A stretch of DNA of 64,000 nt, from assembly GCA_963849325.1 (NCBI GenBank), contig CAWKHF010000012.1, positions 1,120,001 through 1,184,000 on the forward strand, in the 5' to 3' direction. Below, piece by piece: positions 56,902 to 64,000 of the stretch (position 1 is its first letter; the number at the start of each line of letters is the position of its first letter). Source of the DNA: an uncultured Planctomycetota bacterium. GTDB taxonomy: Bacteria > Planctomycetota > Planctomycetia > Gemmatales > Gemmataceae. The position numbers were made by a program, and so were the translations under genes. The notes beneath the pieces are model-generated. The model made no database searches. It was not told the origin of the DNA and was given only the letters and a program-made list of their open reading frames with translations.

Positions 56902-59900
56902 ATGGCCTGGCGGAAGTGGCTGGTCCGAAGTCTGGTCTTCTCCGTCCTGGGCGTCGTGGCCCTGGCGGCCTTGCTGTACGAGGCGTGGACCAACCCCGCC
57001 GCCGTCCGCCGGCAGGTCCACGCCAAGCTCGCCGCCCAGTTCACCGGCGCCAGCGTCAGCCTCGAATCGGCGCGGCTGCGTCTGCTCGGCGGCATCGCCG
57101 TCCGCGACCTGCGCATGGCCCGCCGCGACGACCTCGACCGCGGCGATTTCCTCTACGTTCCTTCCGCCGTCATTTACCACGACAAGGAGCATTTGCTCGA
57201 CGGCACGCTGGGCATCCGCAAGATCGAACTGGATCGGCCGCGCTTGCGCATCGTCCGCGAACCGGATGGCCGGCTCAACCTGGCCAACGTCCTGTCGCCG
57301 CCGGACCTCAAGGAGCGCGTGCCGACCCTGATCATCCGGCAGGGGACGATCCTGATCGAGGATCGTTCCCTCTCCGCCAGACGGCGCCCTGCTGGAAATC
57401 AAGGACGCGAACGTGACGATCACGAACGACCCGCTGTCCACCCTGGTCCTGGAGGGTTCGGGCCAGGCGGACGTGGTCGGGACGGTACACCTCCACGCCC
57501 GTTTCCACCGGCCGACCACGGCGGCCGGCGCCGTCTTCGACCTGCCGGGCGTGCCGGTCGGTCCCACTCTGGTGCAGCGGATCGCCGGCTTCTGCCCGGA
57601 TCTGGCCGCCCATCTCCGCCAATTGCGCGGCGACGGCAAAGCCCAGGCTTCGGCGACCTACCGCCCCGAGGCGGCCGAGCCGTGGAGCTACGACCTCAGT
57701 GGTCAACTGCACAAGGGCGAATGGTCGCACGCCTGTCTGCCGGCACCGCTTCAGCAGATCGAGGCCTCGCTGCAATGCAGCAACGGCCGCGTGCCGCACG
57801 CGCAACTCACGGCTCGTTCCGGCGCGGCGACGGTCAACCTCGAACTGTGGGACCTCGCCTGGCCCGGTCATCGGCCCGAGTGCATCGAGGAGATGGTGCG
57901 GGAACTCGATGCCCACATCGAGCACTTCCCCGTCACGCCGAGCTTTTTCGAGCACCTCCCGGACGCCTGCCAGAGCATCCAGCGCCTGTACAAGCCGGCC
58001 GGACCCGTCACCCTGACGTATCGCTTCTGCCGCTCCGGGGCGAAACACTGGCACAAACACGGCGAGATTCAACCGGAGGGCATGTCCGCCGAGTTCGAGC
58101 AATTCCGCTATCCCATCGAGGCGGTGACCGGACTGATCCAGGTGGATTCGAGCAGCGACCACGACAACCACATCAATGTCGATCTGGCCGGCCGAGGTTC
58201 GGGATGTCCGGTCACGGTGAAAGGGTCGGTGCGGGGAGACAAGGCCAGCGAAGTCGATTTGGTGATAGCGGCTGAGGACGTGCCGATAGACCACAAGCTG
58301 TTGCGGGCCGTGCCGGAGAGGAGTCGGGAGCTGGCGCGGACGTTTCTACCGGCGCGGAGCCGAGAGCTGGGACTGCCGTCGCCGACGTTGGGCCTGACCC
58401 AGCCGGCCGGCCTAGTAAATATCAAGGTCTTCGTCCGCCGTGGTCGGGGCGAGGAGGATTTCGCCAACCGCTACATCCTCTCCTTCCACGACACCGCCCT
58501 GAAGTACGACCTCTTCCCCTACCCGCTGGAGAACGTGAGCGGCGTACTCGACATCCAGCCGGACCACTGGGAATGCCAGAATTTCCACGGCAGCCACAAG
58601 GGCGGCGAGATCTGGGTCAACGCGGGTTCGTTCCGCGTCGAATGCCGCCGCGACGAGGGGCGAGGGACTAGGGACTAGGGAAGAGGGAAGACGAATGTTC
58701 CCTAGTCCCTAGTCCCTCGCCCCTCGTCCCTAGCGAGCGAATGCGTGCAGGTCGCCATCCGGGGACAGAACATCCCGCTCGATGCGGAGTTCGAACAGGC
58801 GCTGTCGCCGCCGGAGTGCCCGGCCGGGCGGCCCTGCGCAACGCCTGGGCGATGCTGGCGCTACGCGGTCAACTCAGCTTCGAGGCCGCCGTCGTCGATC
58901 GTCCCGATCAGCCGCAGGACATTGATGTCGCCGTGGACGTTCGCGGCTGCGCCATGCAGCCGGAATTCTTTCCCTACGCCATGACCGACGTCAGCGCCGG
59001 CGTCCGCTACGCCCACGGCCGAGTCTACGTCAAGGACGTGAGCGCCCGGCACGGCCCTTGTCGATTGACGATGAAGGAGGCCACGATCGTCCTCAAACCG
59101 CAGGCCGGCTTCCAAAGCTGGTTCACGGACATTCGCGGGACGAACCTCGCCGCCGACGAAGACTTTTTGCGGGCGCTGCATCCGGTCATGCGCAAGGGAC
59201 TGGAACCCTTGCAGATCCGCAAGCCCCTCGACGTCGAAATGACGTCCCTCATCCTCGACGCCCCCGCCGTGCCGGGTCAGCCCATGAAAATCTGGTGGGA
59301 TGGCGGCGCCTTCTTCCGTCAGCAAACGTTTCAGGCCGGCGTCGAGATCAGCGGTGTCGATGGCGAGATCTCGTGTCGCGGCCATCACGACGGCCGGCAG
59401 TTCGAGGGCGTCACCGGCTATGCCGTGCTGCAACGAGCGAACATCCTCGGTCAACCGTTCACCAACCTGCAAGGCCGTATTGAGATCGCGCCCGATTCGC
59501 CCGACGTACTGCGCCTGTACGACCTCAAGTCCGACCTGTTCGGCGGCTTCGTCGGCGGCGCCGCTCGATTCGACTTCGGTTCGACGCTGCGTTACGAGGT
59601 GAAAATCGACGCCCTGCAGGTCCAGCTGGAAAAGTTCGGCAAGCACAATCATCTCGGCGCCGACGCTCAGACTGCAAGGCCCGGTGCGGGCCGCGCTGCA
59701 CCTGACCGGCGAGGGCACCGACCTGAGCGGTCTGAAAGGCAACGGCCGCATCGAGGTGGCCAACGGCAAGATGTACCGTCTGCCGCTGCTGCTCGATCTG
59801 CTCAAGGCGCTGGGCTTGCGCCCGCCGGATCGCACGGCGTTCGAGCAGGCACGGATGCTCTTCGCCATTGAAGGTCCGCAAATGCGCATTCACGCCCTCG

Positions 59901-60159
59901 ACCTGATCGGCAGCGCCATCAGCCTGCGCGGCCAGGGCACCTTGGGACTGGACGGCAGCAACCTCAACCTCGATTTCAGCGTTGACTGGGGCCGCATGCC
60001 GCAGATGCTGCCGGGCGCCATCAGCGATCTGTCGCAAGCCCTCAGCGACCAGCTTTTCAAAATTAAACTCCGCGGCAAGATCAGCGCCCGCGCTTCGAGA
60101 AGGAACCGATCCCCGGCGTGGTCGAGCCGATCAAGAAAGCGTTCGGGGGATCATCCTAG
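56902..60159 (+). CDS. AsmA-like (bridge-type lipid transfer) protein (frameshifts)
   Basis: N-terminal TM helix, long beta-rich body, FPYPLENVSG repeats and an AsmA-like C-terminus (GSAISLRGQGTL). Confidence 0.8.
58652..58728. repeat. Inverted tandem heptamer element inside the AsmA-like gene
   Basis: 58652-58682 is the exact reverse complement of 58698-58728 (31 bp). Confidence 0.92.
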
Positions 60160-60179
60160 AGCAAGGTCAAACGAGGTGT

Positions 60180-60238
60180 TGTCGGAGCCTGAAGCGTAAG
60201 CGAAGAAAATTCCTTCGCTTACGCTTCAGGCTCCGACA
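60180..60238. repeat. REP-like palindrome
   Basis: TGTCGGAGCCTGAAGCGTAAGCGAAG-N7-inverse, with perfect 26-bp arms. Confidence 0.85.
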
Positions 60239-60313
60239 GATGGAATAAAGTTCTGTCCCGCAGGGGACCGATAAGACGAAGACGCACGGTTGCGGACGGA
60301 AACGGAGGTAGAT

Positions 60314-61509
60314 GTGTTTGGCTCCATCCTGCAACGGATGATCCTGTGGGAACTCACCAAGGTCTTCGTGATGTCCTTGGTGGGGATCACGGGCATCCTG
60401 CTCATGGCCGGCATCATCGCCGAAGCGTCGCAGCAAGGGCTGGGCCCGACGCAGATCCTGGCGGCCATCCCCCTGCTGGTGCCGAGCACTCTGCCCTACA
60501 CGATCCCGGCGACGACGCTGTTCGCCACCTGCGTCGTCTACGGTCGCCTGGCCGCCGACAATGAACTCCTCGCCATCAAGTCGGCCGGCATCAACGCCGT
60601 CAAGGTCGTCCGGCCCGGCATCGTCCTCGGCCTGGTCATGAGCAGCGTCACCATGGGCCTGTATTATCGCATCATCCCCTACACGCATCACCTGCTCCGC
60701 GCCATGGTCTACAACGATGCCGAGGAGCTGTTGTACTCGCTGCTGAAAAAACACAATGCCATCAGTCACTCCTCCTTCCCCTACCAGATGTTCGTCCACG
60801 GAGTGCGCGGCAAGAAACTGATCTCGCCGGTGTTCAAACACAAGGACTGCGCGGGCAGATCGATTACGTCGCCCATGCCCGCGAAGCCGAGCTGCAAGTG
60901 CTCCGCTCCAAGGGGCAGCTGCTCCTCCGCATGCGCAAGGGCGTCATCAGCGGCGAAAACGACGACATGCGCGGCTACTTCGAGAACAAAGATTTCCTCG
61001 TGGACCTGCCGAGGGACTTCGGCAAGCAGAACCAGCGACGCCCACGCGATCTGACCTGGCAGGAAATCCTCGACGAGCGCGTCCAGCTTCAGGGCAAGCT
61101 CAACGCCATCCTGGCCGAATTCACCGGCGAAACCACGAAGTCGTTGCTGCAGAATGCGCCCGTCGATTTCCCGGTCCACCTGCGCTCCCTCAACGACCAG
61201 GTCAACCAGGTCCGCCAGCAAATCGTCGCCCTCGACGTCGAATTGCAGATGCGTCCGGCCCTCAGCCTTGGCTGTCTGTTCTTCATCCTGGTGGGCGGCC
61301 CGGTCGGCATTTGGTTCAGCCGCAGCGATTACCTCAGCGCCTTCATCACCTGCTTTTTGCCCATCGTCTTCATCTACTATCCCCTGATGCTGTGCGGCAC
61401 CGGCATGGCCAAGGAAGGGCGGTTCAACATGGTCCCGCTCGTCTGGGGCGCCGATGCGGTGGTGGGACTGATGGGTCTGTTGCTGTCGTGGCGCCTGTTG
61501 CGGAACTAG
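60314..61509 (+). CDS. LptF/LptG family permease (frameshift near 60850)
   Basis: YGRLAADNELLAIKSAGI and RPALSLGCLFFILVGGPVG motifs, 3+3 TM topology. Confidence 0.9.
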
Positions 61510-61582
61510 GGAATAGGGAATAGGGAATAGGGAATAGGGAAGACATCGACCAAGTTTCTTCCCTATTCCCTATTCCCTAGTT
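61504..61582. repeat. Inverted tandem heptamer element (TAGGGAA)x5 ... (TTCCCTA)x3 between convergent genes
   Basis: Read directly. Contains the TAG stops of both flanking genes. Confidence 0.92.
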
Positions 61583-62690
61583 TCGAGCCGCGATTCCGAG
61601 GCAATTTCGGCGTAGGACGATCGTGCTCGTCCTCAATGTCGCCGACGATCTCCTCCAGCACGTCTTCCAGCGTGATGAGTCCCAGGACTTTGTCGTCCTC
61701 GTCGCGGACGAGGGCCATCGGTCGCCGTGCCCGCCGGAACAGGCGCAGGGCGTTGGCCATGCTCTCCTGCGCCTTGAGAAACAGCGGCGGATACAGGGCG
61801 TCTTGCAGGATGACCACCCCTTGCAGGCTAAACAGGAAGAACAGGTCCTTGGTGTTGACGATGCCGACGATGTTGTCGATCTCTCCTTCGTAGACCGGCA
61901 TGCGCGTGTGCGCCCCGCTGCGAACGGCTTCGAGTACCTTGTCCGGCGGCGTGTTCAATTCCAGGGCGGCCATCTTGTCGCGCGGCACCATGCAGTCGCC
62001 GACGCGCTTGTTCGACAAGCGGAAGACGTTCTGCACGAAAGCGGCCTGGTCCGCGTCGAGGATGCCGGCCTCCTCGGTGTCCTCGATCAGCAGCAGCAAT
62101 TCCTCGACCGAGTGGACCATCTCTTCGCCGGAGGCGGCCTGAGTGCCGAGGCGCCGTAGGATGAAATTGGCCGTGCCGTTCATCGTCAGGATGAGCGGCC
62201 GGGTCAGCCGCGAGAACACGTTCAAGGGGCCGGACAGCCACAGCGACACGCGATCGGCCTTCTCCAGGGCCAGCGTCTTGGGGATCAATTCGCCAAAGAC
62301 GACGTGCATGTAGGTGATGAGCAGGAAGGCCAGGGCGCCGGCGACGGAATCGGTGGCGGCCCCGCGCCAGCCGGGCGGCAGGAAGTCGGCCAACGGCTTG
62401 AGCAAGTCGGCCAATGCCGGCTCGCCGACGAAGCCCAGACCGATGCTGGCCAACGTGATGCCCAGCTGCGTCGCCGCAATCGAGCGATCCAGCCGGAGCA
62501 TCGCCAATTCGACGGCGCGAGCGCCCTTGACGCCGCTTTTGAGCAGCTCCTCGATGCGCGTCTTGCGCACCGAGACCAGGGCGAACTCCGCGGCGACGAA
62601 CAGACCGTTCAAGACCACCAGGGCCGGGATGATGAGCAGTCCGGCGACGTCCCAGAGCCAGTGCCTGTCTGCCCCGAAGATGGCCAACAC
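61563..62690 (-). CDS. CNNM/CBS-domain (hemolysin-family, CorC/TlyC-like) protein
   Basis: NGLFVAAEFAL, QLGITLAS, GELIPK, HTRMPVY and GLITLEDVLEEIVGDIEDE motifs. Confidence 0.93.
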   Translation of the reverse strand: MLAIFGADRHWLWDVAGLLIIPALVVLNGLFVAAEFALVSVRKTRIEELLKSGVKGARAVELAMLRLDRSIAATQLGITLASIGLGFVGEPALADLLKPLADFLPPGWRGAATDSVAGALAFLLITYMHVVFGELIPKTLALEKADRVSLWLSGPLNVFSRLTRPLILTMNGTANFILRRLGTQAASGEEMVHSVEELLLLIEDTEEAGILDADQAAFVQNVFRLSNKRVGDCMVPRDKMAALELNTPPDKVLEAVRSGAHTRMPVYEGEIDNIVGIVNTKDLFFLFSLQGVVILQDALYPPLFLKAQESMANALRLFRRARRPMALVRDEDDKVLGLITLEDVLEEIVGDIEDEHDRPTPKLPRNRGSKLGNRE

Positions 62691-62771
62691 GATCCGGGTC
62701 CCTCCGCGTTCCGGGTGATCTTGTCATGCTAGCACATCCGCGCCCCGGACCAAATTCCGGTCACAAACTGC

Positions 62772-62800
62772 TTGACACCCCAAAAACTTGCACATATACT
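62772..62800 (+). promoter_or_regulatory. Near-consensus sigma70 promoter
   Basis: TTGACA-N17-TATACT. Confidence 0.65.
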
Positions 62801-63097
62801 CCAGCCTCACAAATGAGGATGGCGTTCCTTCCTACGGATGGGACATGACTCGCGGCGCGCCCCGCACGCATCTTCCCCTTCGGTTTACGCCGTAACGGGA
62901 TGGTTCGGCGTCTGCCCTGCCGCACAAATCGCCTGCCGATCGCTCCGCCCCTCGCCCCTGTGTCGGATGAAGGACGAACCGGGACCGCATCGAGCTTTCC
63001 TCGATGGGGCCGGAGATGGTGCGCCCCCCGGCAGCGACGTGGCCGCCGGGAAAAGTTTGGCCTCGGTCAACGACGACTTTTTCACAGGACTCTCCTC

Positions 63098-64000
63098 ATG
63101 TGGCTCGACTCCCTGCGCCGACTGCTAGCTGGCAATTCCCGTTCCTCTGGTGCGAGGCACTCCCGCTCCCCGCGGCGGCGGATCGTGCCCACGCTGGATT
63201 ATCTTGAAGATCGCACGCTTCTGTCCGCCAATTTCACGATCACCAATCTCGCGGATGGCGTCACCGGCAGCGCGACCAACTCGAACAGTACCCTGCGCGA
63301 TGCCATTATCGCGGCCAACCAGGATACGGGAACGGATACCATCAATCTCCAGGCCGGCACCTACACGCTGTCCCTGGCGAACACGGCCGGCCACGAGAAT
63401 GCCAGCGCCACCGGCGACCTGAATATTACCAACACCAAAAATACGCTCATCATCAAGGGCGCCGGCACGTCCGGCAGCAATGCGACCTACATCGATCAGA
63501 CGGTCGCCGATCGTGTATTTCAGATCGCTAATGGCGCTACTGTCCAATTCGAGAACGTGATCATCGAAGGCGGTGACGCCGTGGATGACGGCACGGCGGG
63601 AGCGAAGGCCGGTAGCACGGCGGCGCTGGGCGGCGGTGTGCTGAACAATGGCGGCAACGTCAGCCTGACCAACGCCGGCGTCGAGAGTAACCGGGCCGTC
63701 GGCGGCACCAGTCAGAATGCCCAGGGCGGCGGTATCTACTCGGCCGGCGGTTCGCTGACACTGAAGAACGTCACCGTGGAATTCAACTACGCCGACGGAG
63801 GCAACGGCACGGCGGCCTCCCTCAATGGCGGCAACGCCGCGGGCGCCGGCCTGTACCTGTCCAAATCCACGACCACGATCAGCGGAACCAACCAGATCGA
63901 GTTCAACTCCGCTTCGGGCGGTCGAGGAGCGTCGGGGATGGTCGCCGGGTCCGGCGGCAGCGCCCAGGGCGGCGGCATCTACGCCGACAGCGTGGCCCTG
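63098..64000 (+). CDS. Planctomycete extracellular beta-helix protein, 3' end runs off the window
   Basis: Not in the ORF track. Manual translation MWLDSLRRLL...RRRIVPTLDYLEDRTLLSANFTI...TLRDAIIAAN...GDLNI, followed by GGG-rich repeats. Confidence 0.85.
   Translation, partial: MWLDSLRRLLAGNSRSSGARHSRSPRRRIVPTLDYLEDRTLLSANFTITNLADGVTGSATNSNSTLRDAIIAANQDTGTDTINLQAGTYTLSLANTAGHENASATGDLNITNTKNTLIIKGAGTSGSNATYIDQTVADRVFQIANGATVQFENVIIEGGDAVDDGTAGAKAGSTAALGGGVLNNGGNVSLTNAGVESNRAVGGTSQNAQGGGIYSAGGSLTLKNVTVEFNYADGGNGTAASLNGGNAAGAGLYLSKSTTTISGTNQIEFNSASGGRGASGMVAGSGGSAQGGGIYADSVAL

Overview
GC-rich bacterial chromosomal segment, most likely Planctomycetota (Gemmataceae-like). This is inferred from the DUF1559 prepilin-like genes, the TIGR03067-domain ECF sigma factor, LEDR-motif exoproteins and CRTAC1/ASPIC-UnbV genes. 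Many genes are split by single-base indels, sparse before ~38 kb and very dense at ~38.4-53 kb including the nuo genes, which I read as long-read consensus errors. Content: sulfatase, prenyltransferase-repeat proteins, a PAS/GAF/REC regulator, a HEPN pair, an ECF sigma factor interrupted by a complete IS4-family element (19-bp TIRs, 11-bp TSD), a WD40/TPR protein, a surface locus (TMTC-like glycosyltransferase, tandem DUF1559, TPR, two CRTAC1, ABC transporter plus Cys-rich membrane proteins), clpS, an IS66-like MITE beside an (ATGGCGC)25 array, nuoHJKLMN, tatD, xdhC/mocA-like, AsmA-like, LptF/G and CNNM genes. The most notable hidden structure is a small integrase-less integron on the minus strand at 53.2-54.75 kb: a promoter, five phased direct repeats, an attI-like site and two gene cassettes, each closed by an attC. 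The second cassette carries a reverse-oriented, self-promoted, uncharacterised TA-like gene pair. A family of mirrored G-rich heptamer/octamer inverted tandem repeats also overlaps gene ends.
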